Part shown: piece after piece, positions 18,775 through 27,868 of the stretch
How the letters are laid out: every line of letters starts with the position of its first letter
How positions within the stretch are numbered: position 1 is the first letter of the stretch
Source: Chromatiales bacterium
Lineage (GTDB): Bacteria > Pseudomonadota > Gammaproteobacteria > SZUA-140
Direction of reading: 5' to 3'
DNA: 37,292 bases
Assembly: GCA_011053135.1 (NCBI GenBank)
Contig: DRLG01000018.1
Location: 1 to 37,292, forward strand
Notes under the pieces: model-generated
Database searches by the model: none
Told to the model about the DNA's origin: nothing
What the model saw: the letters and a program-made list of their open reading frames with translations, nothing else
Made by a program: the position numbers and the translations under genes

Positions 18775-19587
18775 TCAACGCTTAATATCCCGCCCTAAAG
18801 TGCGCGTTGAAAATTCTCGATCCTTCAATCCAACATTCACCTCAATATCTTTGACTTCATAAACAGTAGTGGAACCGGCTCTGAAGTTTTTAATTGTCGC
18901 TCTTTCCCACACCCACGCGCCATCAATCAGCCGCCAGCTAATAAGCTGTTTTTTAACCATCTTCATCTCTTTATCGAAGTAGTCGATGCGTGTTTCTAAA
19001 CAGTACTCCCACTCCTTCGTCTTGCTAAACCAGGAGATGCGCTTACCGTAAATATGGTCATGTTTCGGAATACTTTCAACCACGTAAAACTCGTTACCTT
19101 CGAGGGTCCTCACTCCAAGAAAACGGTGATCATCCTCATCAATGTCACGTAGCCGCAGGTCATCATCACTAAAGCCCCAGTCCATCTCACCGGGCGAACG
19201 TTTTGCAATGCGCTTAACGAAGCGCGTTTCAGGCAGGTAGATCCACTGGTCTGCAAGCCTCTTACTGCCGTTGACGTAGCCCCAGCGCATAAAGGCCAGC
19301 CCTTCGTTATGGGAGCCGGTGGCATAGAGAACAACCTTATCAACAACGCCATCTTTACCGCCGTAGTTTTTCCATAGACGGATGTATTCACTGGAAACCT
19401 CTCTGCCATCGGCCAGTGTGCTGGTGACCAGTAAACGTGAACGGTGATCATCCCCAGAATTTTTATAGTGGCAGCGCTGTACAATCTCTTTACCACTTAG
19501 CGCCCTGCTTTCTGCCGCGCCAACAGAGAGTGAAAGCAGCAATAATAGAGTAACAGCGAGCAGTTGAGGGGTGGCTCTGCTATTCAT
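18775..19587 (-). CDS. Outer-membrane lipoprotein-sorting (LolA-like) family protein
   Basis: Signal peptide; DQWIYLP...VKRI, FS.DDL, YVVES.PK, IDYFD and F..RTL pattern typical of LolA-like proteins; RBS AGGAG. Confidence 0.75.
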   Translation of the reverse strand: MNSRATPQLLAVTLLLLLSLSVGAAESRALSGKEIVQRCHYKNSGDDHRSRLLVTSTLADGREVSSEYIRLWKNYGGKDGVVDKVVLYATGSHNEGLAFMRWGYVNGSKRLADQWIYLPETRFVKRIAKRSPGEMDWGFSDDDLRLRDIDEDDHRFLGVRTLEGNEFYVVESIPKHDHIYGKRISWFSKTKEWEYCLETRIDYFDKEMKMVKKQLISWRLIDGAWVWERATIKNFRAGSTTVYEVKDIEVNVGLKDREFSTRTLGRDIKR

Positions 19588-19626
19588 AGCGGTGGCTCCT
19601 GACGATTACCGTCCAACATGTTGCGC

Positions 19627-21114
19627 TTAGTGCCGCCGGATTAACGGCACAGCCAGTGAGATCAATATCAAAACCAGTATTGCAAGATTACCCATTGAAA
19701 CATAGGGCGTTGCGCCCTGCATCGGCACCACCTTATCACTGAGTGTCGCCTCTTCAAACTGTGGTGCAATCGATTGAAAACGGCCTCTATGGTCGATGAT
19801 TGCCGAGACACCTGTGTTGGTGGCCCGCAACATCGGGCGGCCACTCTCTTTGGCACGCATGCGTGCAATCTGCAGATGTTGATGCGGCGCACTCGAGTCT
19901 GCAAACCACGCATCGTTACTCACATTAACGAGTAGTGTCGCCTCCGGCAGCTGCATAATCACCTCTTCACCAAAGGCGTCTTCGAAACAGATCGAAATAG
20001 CGACCTTTTGCCCCGCCATCGGCAGCGGTGGCTGCTCATCCGAGCCGGCACTAAAATCTGACATCGGCACCTGAATGATATCGATCAACCCGGAGAGCCA
20101 CGTTTTCAGCGGCAGATACTCCGTGAACGGCACAAGGTGGCGTTTGTGGTAAAAACCTGTCTCACTACCAAGCGACATCATCGTGTTGTAGTAGTTGCGC
20201 TGTTCGCCATCAAGGTAGACCAGCCCTAGCAAAATATCAGTGTTGTTATTGCGCGCCTCTTCAGCGAGCCTTGCGAGAAAGTTTGTGGTCTCATGGAAGA
20301 AAACGGGTAGCGCTGTTTCAGGCCAGATAATCAGGTCACTCTCCCAGTTTTGCCGTGTGAGCTGCGCGTAAAGATCGATGGTGGGTGCCTTCATCGACGG
20401 CAACCACTTCAACTCCTGGGGAATATTACCCTGCACCAGGGTCACTTTGAGCGGCTCACCCGCGGGTGAAACCCAGTGAACCTGGTCTAGTAGCAGGCCG
20501 CCACTCCAGAGCAACACCACGCCCACAATATGGCAGGAGCGCCTGCCGATATGAATGTGATAGATGATGATGGCGATAGCTGCTGCGGTTAGCGCTACCG
20601 CAAATGAGACACCATAAACACCCAGCAGCATGGCGTAGCCACCCAGCGGCGTTTCGATCTGGCTATACCCCACATTCAGCCACGGTAGACCGGTGAACAT
20701 CCAGCCACGAATCCATTCAAACAACACCCATACCGCTGGAAAACACCACAACAGTGCCGCCGTTGACGACAAATTAAAACGTTTCCTGAATTTTACCACC
20801 GTCCCTCCAGCCAGTGCTGGAAAGGTCGAAAATACCAGCACAAACATCGACGTGATAAACAGTGATAGTGGCAGATTTACATTGCCGTAATAGTAGATGC
20901 TAATAAACACCCACCACATTCCAACACCAAACATGCCGATACCAAACAGCAGGCCGCGCCACATTGCGCGGCGCACACTGCTATCAAGCCACAAAAGAAA
21001 AATAGTGACTAGCGAGACAATCGCCAAAGGGTAGAGTTCATAAGGCGCAAAGGCGAACGGCAGCAGCCCACCTGCGATCAATGCCAGCAGATCACCGCGC
21101 CATGTTGCAAACAT
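19627..21114 (-). CDS. lnt: Apolipoprotein N-acyltransferase
   Basis: TM domain plus nitrilase triad motifs WPETA, K.HLVPF.EY and ICFED; NDAWF; RATNTG. Confidence 0.96.
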   Translation of the reverse strand: MFATWRGDLLALIAGGLLPFAFAPYELYPLAIVSLVTIFLLWLDSSVRRAMWRGLLFGIGMFGVGMWWVFISIYYYGNVNLPLSLFITSMFVLVFSTFPALAGGTVVKFRKRFNLSSTAALLWCFPAVWVLFEWIRGWMFTGLPWLNVGYSQIETPLGGYAMLLGVYGVSFAVALTAAAIAIIIYHIHIGRRSCHIVGVVLLWSGGLLLDQVHWVSPAGEPLKVTLVQGNIPQELKWLPSMKAPTIDLYAQLTRQNWESDLIIWPETALPVFFHETTNFLARLAEEARNNNTDILLGLVYLDGEQRNYYNTMMSLGSETGFYHKRHLVPFTEYLPLKTWLSGLIDIIQVPMSDFSAGSDEQPPLPMAGQKVAISICFEDAFGEEVIMQLPEATLLVNVSNDAWFADSSAPHQHLQIARMRAKESGRPMLRATNTGVSAIIDHRGRFQSIAPQFEEATLSDKVVPMQGATPYVSMGNLAILVLILISLAVPLIRRH

Positions 21115-21126
21115 CCGGGCGACCCC

Positions 21127-22002
21127 TTAATGGTCGTTCGGCGAGGTAGTCGCGTCATCCGCCTGTAAAGTCATCTGCAATAGATGGATACGCCGGCTAT
21201 CGGCGTGCAGTACCTTAAAGTGGAAACGACCAATCTCACATTTCTCACCACGTTTTGGCAGGTGACCAAAAGTGCGCATCATCAGACCACCGATGGTGTC
21301 GAAATCTTCATCGCTGAACTCAGCCCCGAAATAGTCATTGAACTCTTCTATCGGGGTAAGCGCCTTAATGGTAAAACTCACATCACTATGTTTCATGATG
21401 TAGCTATCCTCAGCCACATCATGCTCATCGATGATCTCACCGACGATCTGTTCCAGCACATCTTCAATCGTCACCAGACCGTCGATGCCACCGTACTCAT
21501 CCACCACGATCGCCATGTGGTTACGGCTGGCGCGAAAATCCTTCAGCAGCACATTAAGACGTTTGCTATCGGGGATAAACGCAGCCGGGCGCAACACATC
21601 ACGCACATTGAATCGCTTGCTGCCACCATCAAGTGCATAGGCGAGCAGATCTTTGGCGAGCAGAATCCCTTCAACCTCATCCTTGCCATCACCAATCACC
21701 GGGAAACGGGAGTGCGCTGATTTAACAACCACTGGCAAGATCTCCTTGAGCGATGCATCACGTTCCACCACCACCATCTGTGAGCGTGGGATCATGATAT
21801 CCCGCACCTGCATCTCAGAGACTTCCAGTACCCCTTCGATCATCGTCAGGGCATCGGCATCGAGCAGATGGCGCTGCTGAGACTCACGCAGTGTCTCGAT
21901 AAGTTCAATACGATCCGCCGGTTCCTGCGCGAATGCCTTCTTCAGTTTGCCCAAGAAGCCATCTTTGCCAGTCACCGGCTCGGGCGATCGATCACTGTTC
22001 AT
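21127..22002 (-). CDS. corC: Magnesium/cobalt transport protein CorC (CBS domains plus CorC_HlyC)
   Basis: [28 protein letters not shown] and DTIGG; canonical position in the operon. Confidence 0.95.
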   Translation of the reverse strand: MNSDRSPEPVTGKDGFLGKLKKAFAQEPADRIELIETLRESQQRHLLDADALTMIEGVLEVSEMQVRDIMIPRSQMVVVERDASLKEILPVVVKSAHSRFPVIGDGKDEVEGILLAKDLLAYALDGGSKRFNVRDVLRPAAFIPDSKRLNVLLKDFRASRNHMAIVVDEYGGIDGLVTIEDVLEQIVGEIIDEHDVAEDSYIMKHSDVSFTIKALTPIEEFNDYFGAEFSDEDFDTIGGLMMRTFGHLPKRGEKCEIGRFHFKVLHADSRRIHLLQMTLQADDATTSPNDH

Positions 22003-22044
22003 CGTTGAACCGCTCCAGCTTTCATTGTTTCTCCGTTCAGAAAA

Positions 22045-22566
22045 TCAAACATTGTCATCATATTCCACTGTACCATCATTCATATACGGGTCATCGAATC
22101 CCAAGTATGCCATGATCTTTCTTTCCAGATCTTCCATTTCATCCGCAGCCAGATCATCAAGATGATCATAACCACGCAGGTGCAACACCCCATGCACCAC
22201 CAGATGCGCCCAGTGGGCGCGTGCCGTTTTACCCTGCGCCAGCGCCTCCTGAGCCACTAACGGGGCGCAGATAACGAGATCGCCCAGCAGTGGTAATGGC
22301 ACATCAGCGGGAGGCTCAAACGGGAATGAGAGCACATTGGTCGGCCCACGCTTTGCCCGGTACTGCTGATTGAGGGAGGCACTTTCATCCTTTTCGACCA
22401 GACGAATGGTGAGCGCCACTTCGCCCATTTTACCTTCAAGCGCAGCCTTCACCCACTGTTCCAGATCTGCCTGCGTCGGTAGTGCCGCCTCCTGTGGCGG
22501 CTGTAAAGCAATCTGCAGGTCAAGCTCCAGATGCGGATTCTGAGGCGGATCTGGTTCAGCGTTCAC
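22045..22566 (-). CDS. ybeY: rRNA maturation endoribonuclease YbeY
   Basis: PTNVLSF, LGDLVIC and HLVVHGVLHLRGYDH. Start set at GTG 22566, overlapping the end of phoH. Confidence 0.94.
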   Translation of the reverse strand: MNAEPDPPQNPHLELDLQIALQPPQEAALPTQADLEQWVKAALEGKMGEVALTIRLVEKDESASLNQQYRAKRGPTNVLSFPFEPPADVPLPLLGDLVICAPLVAQEALAQGKTARAHWAHLVVHGVLHLRGYDHLDDLAADEMEDLERKIMAYLGFDDPYMNDGTVEYDDNV

Positions 22567-23560
22567 GCCGCCCACTCTCCCTCTCTTCCTGCGCCTCCTT
22601 TGTGGCATAGGCCTGTACGATTCGCTGCACCAACGGGTGGCGCACCACGTCCTGTGATTCGAAAAAAGTAAAGCTGATACCGTTGATCTCTTTCAACACT
22701 TCGATCACATGGCGCAGCCCGGAGGCGCTACCGCGCGGCAGATCGATCTGCGTCACATCACCGGTCACGACAACAGTCGAACCAAAACCGACCCGCGTCA
22801 GAAACATCTTCATCTGTTCAACGGTGGTATTCTGCGCCTCGTCGAGAATGATAAAAGACTCATTCAGGGTACGCCCGCGCATATAGGCGAGCGGCGCAAC
22901 CTCAATCACATTCTGTTCGATCAGTTTAGCTACACGCTCAAAGCCGAGCATCTCATACAGCGCATCGTAGAGTGGGCGCAGGTAGGGGTCGATCTTCTGC
23001 GCCAGATCGCCTGGCAGAAAACCGAGCCGCTCCCCCGCCTCGACCGCAGGGCGCACCAGCAGAATGCGTCTCACCTCTTCCTTCTCCAGCGCCTCAACCG
23101 CACAGGCGACTGCAAGGTAGGTTTTACCAGTACCGGCGGGGCCGATGCCAAAGTTGATCTCATGGCTCAGAATACGCTGCAGATACATCGCCTGATTGAT
23201 GCCACGCCCTTTGATGCCACCCTTTCTGGTCTGTATCTGGACACTCTCAACCACCTGCTGCTCCAGCTCTTTGAGCGCAGGGGCGGAGTGCAACGCCAGC
23301 TGCACCTGCGACGGAGCTAATGTTGCGCCATCGGTTTCGGCATAGAGCGTCTTCAGTAGGCGGCTCGCTTCAATCACCGCATCGGGGTTGCCAACCAGGC
23401 GGAAGTCGTTACCACGGTTGCTAATTTGTATACCAAAATGCGCTTCAATCTGGCGGATGTGGCCATCAAACTGCCCACAAAGTTCGACCAGACGCTGGTT
23501 ATCGACAGGCTCTAACAGCAGTTCACTCGTTTGTTGATTATCGCTCAAGATTAAATTCAC
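22556..23560 (-). CDS. ybeZ: PhoH-like ATPase (YbeZ)
   Basis: GPAGTGKT, RPAVEAGERLGFLPG, YMRGRTL, DEAQN and VVRHPLV. Confidence 0.95.
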   Translation of the reverse strand: MNLILSDNQQTSELLLEPVDNQRLVELCGQFDGHIRQIEAHFGIQISNRGNDFRLVGNPDAVIEASRLLKTLYAETDGATLAPSQVQLALHSAPALKELEQQVVESVQIQTRKGGIKGRGINQAMYLQRILSHEINFGIGPAGTGKTYLAVACAVEALEKEEVRRILLVRPAVEAGERLGFLPGDLAQKIDPYLRPLYDALYEMLGFERVAKLIEQNVIEVAPLAYMRGRTLNESFIILDEAQNTTVEQMKMFLTRVGFGSTVVVTGDVTQIDLPRGSASGLRHVIEVLKEINGISFTFFESQDVVRHPLVQRIVQAYATKEAQEERESGRRER

Positions 23561-23650
23561 ACCATTGATGAGAAAAGAGAAGAGACGGCATCGACAGCGC
23601 CGCCGTTGTGATCGCTACCGAGTGGCTGTGACAGAGTGTGCTGGAAACCG

Positions 23651-25009
23651 CTATGCAACGTGGCGACCACTGTTAGGGGCAAGCCGTGAAACCAGCTCGC
23701 CACGCAGCGAATTCGGCAGCGCCTCGGTGATGCGTACCGTCACAAACTGACCAATCACCGACGGATCTGCCGTCAAATTGACCCAACGATTATTTTCGGT
23801 ACGCCCTGCCACCTGTGCCGGGTCTTTTTTCGAGAGACGCTCGACCAGCACTCGCTGCTCCGTGCCAACCATCGATGCACTGATCGCGGCGGTCATCTCG
23901 ATAATACGTCTCTGGAGCTCAGCAAGCCGCTGCTGCTTGACGGCATGCGGAACATCATCTGGCAGCGCCGCAGCCGGGGTGCCGGGGCGTGCGCTATAAA
24001 TAAAGCTGAAGGAGTGATCAAAACCGAGCGCTTCAATCAGCTCCATAGTGGCGCGATGATCGGCATCCGACTCACCGGGGAAACCGATAATAAAGTCAGA
24101 CGACAGACTGATATCGGGGCGCACCTCGCGCAGGCGGCGAATCTTCGATTTATATTCCAGCACGGTGTGGCCACGCTTCATCGCCCCAAGAATACGATCT
24201 GAGCCACTCTGCACCGGCAGATGGAGATGACTAACCAGTTCAGGCACTTCACGATAGACTTCGATCAGGCTGTCACTAAACTCAACCGGGTGCGAGGTGG
24301 TAAAACGAATGCGGTCAATGCCTTCGATGCTGGCGACATAGGTGATCAGTAATGCGAGATCGGCCTCGGTACCGTCCTCCATCTCATAACGGTAGGCGTT
24401 GACGTTCTGACCCAGTAGATTCACCTCACGCACCCCCTGACTGGCGAGCGACGATATTTCACTGAGGAGATCATCAAACGGGCGGCTAAACTCTTCGCCG
24501 CGCGTGTAAGGGACCACGCAGAAGGTGCAGTATTTACTGCACCCTTCCATGATCGACACAAACGCTGTCGGCCCGTCAGCCTTCGGTTCCGGCATGCAGT
24601 CAAACTTTTCAATCTCGGGAAAGCTGATATCGATCACAGGCTGCCGCTGCTGCTCCACCTCATTTAACATCTGCGGCAGACGATGAAATGTCTGCGGACC
24701 AAAGACCAGATCGACAAAAGGGGCGCGCGCTCGAATCGCATCACCCTCCTGACTCGCGACACAGCCACCGACACCGATCACGGTATTGGGCCGCTGCGCT
24801 TTCATCTCGCGCCAGCGACCCAGCTGGTGAAATACTTTCTCCTGCGCTTTTTCGCGAATCGAACAGGTGTTGAGTAGCAGAATATCCGCCTCTTCAGCCG
24901 AATCAACCCGCTGTACGCCGTGAGATGCCGCGAGCACCTCCGCCATTTTGGCCGAGTCATACTCGTTCATCTGACAGCCAAAGGTCTTAATGTATAATTT
25001 ATGCGCCAT
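23651..25009 (-). CDS. miaB: tRNA-2-methylthio-N6-dimethylallyladenosine synthase
   Basis: TFGCQMN, NTCSIRE and GC (UPF0004 domain); radical SAM motif CSKYCTFC; C-terminal TRAM domain. Confidence 0.97.
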   Translation of the reverse strand: MAHKLYIKTFGCQMNEYDSAKMAEVLAASHGVQRVDSAEEADILLLNTCSIREKAQEKVFHQLGRWREMKAQRPNTVIGVGGCVASQEGDAIRARAPFVDLVFGPQTFHRLPQMLNEVEQQRQPVIDISFPEIEKFDCMPEPKADGPTAFVSIMEGCSKYCTFCVVPYTRGEEFSRPFDDLLSEISSLASQGVREVNLLGQNVNAYRYEMEDGTEADLALLITYVASIEGIDRIRFTTSHPVEFSDSLIEVYREVPELVSHLHLPVQSGSDRILGAMKRGHTVLEYKSKIRRLREVRPDISLSSDFIIGFPGESDADHRATMELIEALGFDHSFSFIYSARPGTPAAALPDDVPHAVKQQRLAELQRRIIEMTAAISASMVGTEQRVLVERLSKKDPAQVAGRTENNRWVNLTADPSVIGQFVTVRITEALPNSLRGELVSRLAPNSGRHVA

Positions 25010-25393
25010 CGTTGTGCTATTTCAAACCCGGAAGCTCTTAAGAAAGAACCGCACAACTTACTACTTTTTCAACAGAATTTCCAGTCACAGAGGTAGACGG
25101 CAGGCTCGCATTTGAGCACAGAATGAGCGGCTAAGCGCTTTAAAATCAATTAGAACTGAACAACAGGAAGGTATTACCAACACCAGGGTGGTGCGATCAG
25201 GAATGGCGAGCTGCTTTTAAATGCAACCCTGAATTTTACATAGCGAAAACCGCCCCCCTATAGCCCACCTGAATGCATTGACGGGGTGCGCTACAAACAA
25301 CCAAATACTGCTCTGAAATTTAGTTACTAGCAACACCTATCAGCTACATTGAGCTGTAGAACGACAACTTTCACCACCGGCAAGTAGACCGTA

Positions 25394-25579
25394 TTAACGG
25401 CGTCCTGAACGGTTCTGTTCCTCTTTAACATAAACAAGCGACTCATCTTCTGGCGCCACATCTTCTGACCACTGTTTACTGGTGTCAGACGACGATTTCA
25501 AATGAACCGCAACTGCTGCACCTATAACACCGCCTAGTGTGAAAGCCACCAGTACTGCTTCTATCATCATGCCCATCAT
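25394..25579 (-). CDS. Small single-pass membrane protein (61 aa), hypothetical
   Basis: GGAGGA RBS 7 nt before ATG 25579; hydrophobic helix VLVAFTLGGVIGAAVAV, then an acidic region and a basic tail. Confidence 0.65.
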   Translation of the reverse strand: MMGMMIEAVLVAFTLGGVIGAAVAVHLKSSSDTSKQWSEDVAPEDESLVYVKEEQNRSGRR

Positions 25580-25706
25580 TTGCGTATCCTCCAATGTTCT
25601 GGTTTACATCCTTGCCAGGCCTTTCAACATCCTTTCAGAAATGGCCATTTCGAGATCCTTCACTACTGTTAGCGGCTCAATATGCCATCACCTTAATGTT
25701 GTTATG

Positions 25707-25722
25707 AGCATCGATCATGCCA
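25707..25722 (-). promoter_or_regulatory. Sigma54 (-24/-12) promoter
   Basis: Minus strand TGGCATGATCGATGCT has GG-N10-GC spacing and one mismatch to TGGCAYGNNNNTTGCW. Confidence 0.6.
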
Positions 25723-25914
25723 ATATCAATAGCTATACAGGAAGCACTTTGCAGGAGATGATAATAAACTGTATTTACAGCGAAAATAGATCAAAAGAGG
25801 TGCAGCCGCCTCTGTCAGACCAGCGCCATAAAAAGTGACGTGTTACAAAAAAATGGCGAAAACCTGTGCCAGTCCGACAGACTCAGCGCCATAGACCAGG
25901 CAAACCCAACCCCT

Positions 25915-26712
25915 CTACTCAGCCCGTTTAGCCTGAAGCCACATCGCCTCCAGCGCATCGAGCCCTGCAGTCGCTGGCGTCACCCCTTGCGCAATACACT
26001 GCGCCTCGATGGAAGCGAAACGTCGCTCAAAACGACGATTGGCTGCACGCAGTGCCGTTTCAGGGTCGATGCCGGCATGGCGTGAAAGATTGGTCACCGA
26101 CTGCAGCAGATCCCCAATCTCATGCTCCATACGCTGCGCGCCCTGATTCTGCTCCAGCACCTCCCGCACCTCATCCAGCTCTTCCTGAACCTTATCCAGC
26201 ACCTCTTCAATCGCTGGCCAGTCAAAGCCAACAGCTGCTGCCCGTTTCTGTAATTTTACCGCGCGAGTCATTGCCGGCAACGCACTCGCAACGCCATGCA
26301 ACGCACCCGCGTGCTGAGTGGCCACCCCTTTTTTACGGCGTTCTTCGGCTTTAATCTGCTCCCAGGTTGCTCGATGATCGGCTGCCCGGTTTTCCCCCTC
26401 AGGTGAGTCGCTAAACAGATGAGGGTGGCGACGAATTAATTTCTCAGCGATCTGTTCAGTGACCTGTGCAAAATCAAAACGCCCCTCCTCTTTTGCCATT
26501 TGCGCATAAAAAACCACCTGAAATAGCAGGTCACCCAGCTCATCACACAGGTCATCCATGTCACCACGCTCAATCGCATCGACAACTTCATACGCCTCTT
26601 CAATAGTGCATGGTGCAATCGAGGCGTAATCCTGCGCGAGATCCCACGGACAGCCTGTTCCGGGATGGCGCAACTGCTCCATCACTTCAAGCAGTTTTCT
26701 CATTTCGTCCAT
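25915..26712 (-). CDS. mazG: Nucleoside triphosphate pyrophosphohydrolase MazG
   Basis: GCPWD, EEAYEV, DELGDLL, KLIRRHPH, GFDW and EIGDLL; two MazG domains. Confidence 0.95.
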   Translation of the reverse strand: MDEMRKLLEVMEQLRHPGTGCPWDLAQDYASIAPCTIEEAYEVVDAIERGDMDDLCDELGDLLFQVVFYAQMAKEEGRFDFAQVTEQIAEKLIRRHPHLFSDSPEGENRAADHRATWEQIKAEERRKKGVATQHAGALHGVASALPAMTRAVKLQKRAAAVGFDWPAIEEVLDKVQEELDEVREVLEQNQGAQRMEHEIGDLLQSVTNLSRHAGIDPETALRAANRRFERRFASIEAQCIAQGVTPATAGLDALEAMWLQAKRAE

Positions 26713-26715
26713 AAG

Positions 26716-26967
26716 CTATGGTAACTCGCCTGTTTTCTCCAGTCCGACCAGCTTATTATTGGCATCGAAACGCAATACAAAAATACCATTGATGCCATCA
26801 TGCATAATAAAAGGCTGAAGACAGCTCGCAGGAAACTGTATGCGCCGACCATCTTCCGCATCAACAATAACCTGTCTCGCCTGCCCCTTGTAGTACGCAA
26901 GATAGTCGTCGGCAGAGATGCTAATCGCAAACCTGACCCGCTGTTCGCTACCGTTCATTTGTGACAC
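26716..26967 (-). CDS. DUF2835 family protein
   Basis: YY.G.A..V.V...DGRRIQFPA..L.PF....GI.G.F.L signature. Confidence 0.82.
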   Translation of the reverse strand: MSQMNGSEQRVRFAISISADDYLAYYKGQARQVIVDAEDGRRIQFPASCLQPFIMHDGINGIFVLRFDANNKLVGLEKTGELP

Positions 26968-27354
26968 CCTGCTGCAATATTGATCCTCTGACTAACCATC
27001 GCTGGTATTTTTTCTGCTGCTTAAATAATACCGCAATCATCTCCCTCAGCACTACTTTACCTCAGCCAATACAGGCAGATAATAACCCGCCGCTAGCAGT
27101 AAGATAGCTACCACAGCCGCACATCCAGAATAGAGTGCTGCTACCGATACAGTAGCAGGCTTATTTTATCGATTATCTATTTCACTATCGATGAATGAAT
27201 TATTCGAGATTAATAGTCTTAATCTTACTTCGAATCACAAATCAACTAACCGTTGCGCTTTAGCAAACACGTTGCTATTCTGCGACACACATGGATCTCG
27301 TTTAACTGCATAGCCTATCGGCAACCCTTATATAAACAGAGGAGACAAGCAAAC

Positions 27355-27747
27355 ATGGTCACTAAGAAAAAAGCTGCTGCAAAGAAAAAGGCATCAACCA
27401 AAAAAGCGGTTGCTACCAAGAAGCCTCGCGTAAAAGCGATCAAGGAACCGTACACTCGTACAGCACTTTTTGGCCACCTCTCTGAAAAGACAGGGCTAAC
27501 AAAAAAAGAGATAGCTTCTGTATTCGATGAACTCAAAGTAGTGATCGAAGGACATATCAAAAAAGGTTCTGCTCAGGTCTTCACCCTGCCGGGTATTCTG
27601 AAAGTAAAAGTGAACCGTAAACCTGCGACTCGCGCACGCAAGGGAACCAACCCTTTTACCGGAGAAGAGATGGTATTCAAAGCCAAACCTGCACGTAATG
27701 TCGTGAAGGTACAGCCTCTTAAAGCGCTCAAGGATATGGCCTCTTAG
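27355..27747 (+). CDS. HU-like (DNABII) DNA-binding protein with a Lys/Ala-rich N-terminal tail
   Basis: GAGGAG RBS before ATG 27355; HU arm ARKGTNPFTGEEM...KAKPA; FTLPG variant. Confidence 0.88.
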   Translation: MVTKKKAAAKKKASTKKAVATKKPRVKAIKEPYTRTALFGHLSEKTGLTKKEIASVFDELKVVIEGHIKKGSAQVFTLPGILKVKVNRKPATRARKGTNPFTGEEMVFKAKPARNVVKVQPLKALKDMAS

Positions 27748-27758
27748 TTACTGCCAAC

Positions 27759-27788
27759 CGATGGGCGACGCTGTCGTGTCGCCCATCG
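27759..27788 (+). terminator. Candidate intrinsic terminator after the HU-like gene
   Basis: Perfect 11-bp stem CGATGGGCGAC/GTCGCCCATCG with an 8-nt loop, followed by a pyrimidine-rich run. Confidence 0.65.
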
Positions 27789-27868
27789 TATCTCTCCCTC
27801 TCTGTTTATCGCTGTTTTAATTACCACCCGCCCGGCATAACTGGCATGAAACTTTCATAATCAGTCTT

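Noticed and set aside
25010-25393. Spacer upstream of miaB, examined for tRNA or sRNA genes
   Set aside because: No T-loop (GTTCRA), cloverleaf or recognisable ncRNA on either strand.
25539-26085. Plus-strand ORFs of 99 and 81 aa
   Set aside because: No RBS or protein-like motifs; they overlap the minus-strand promoter/leader and mazG.
27842-27857. TGGCATGAAACTTTCA as a sigma54 promoter for slt
   Set aside because: The -12 element is TC rather than GC, and the implied start site would fall on the ATG.
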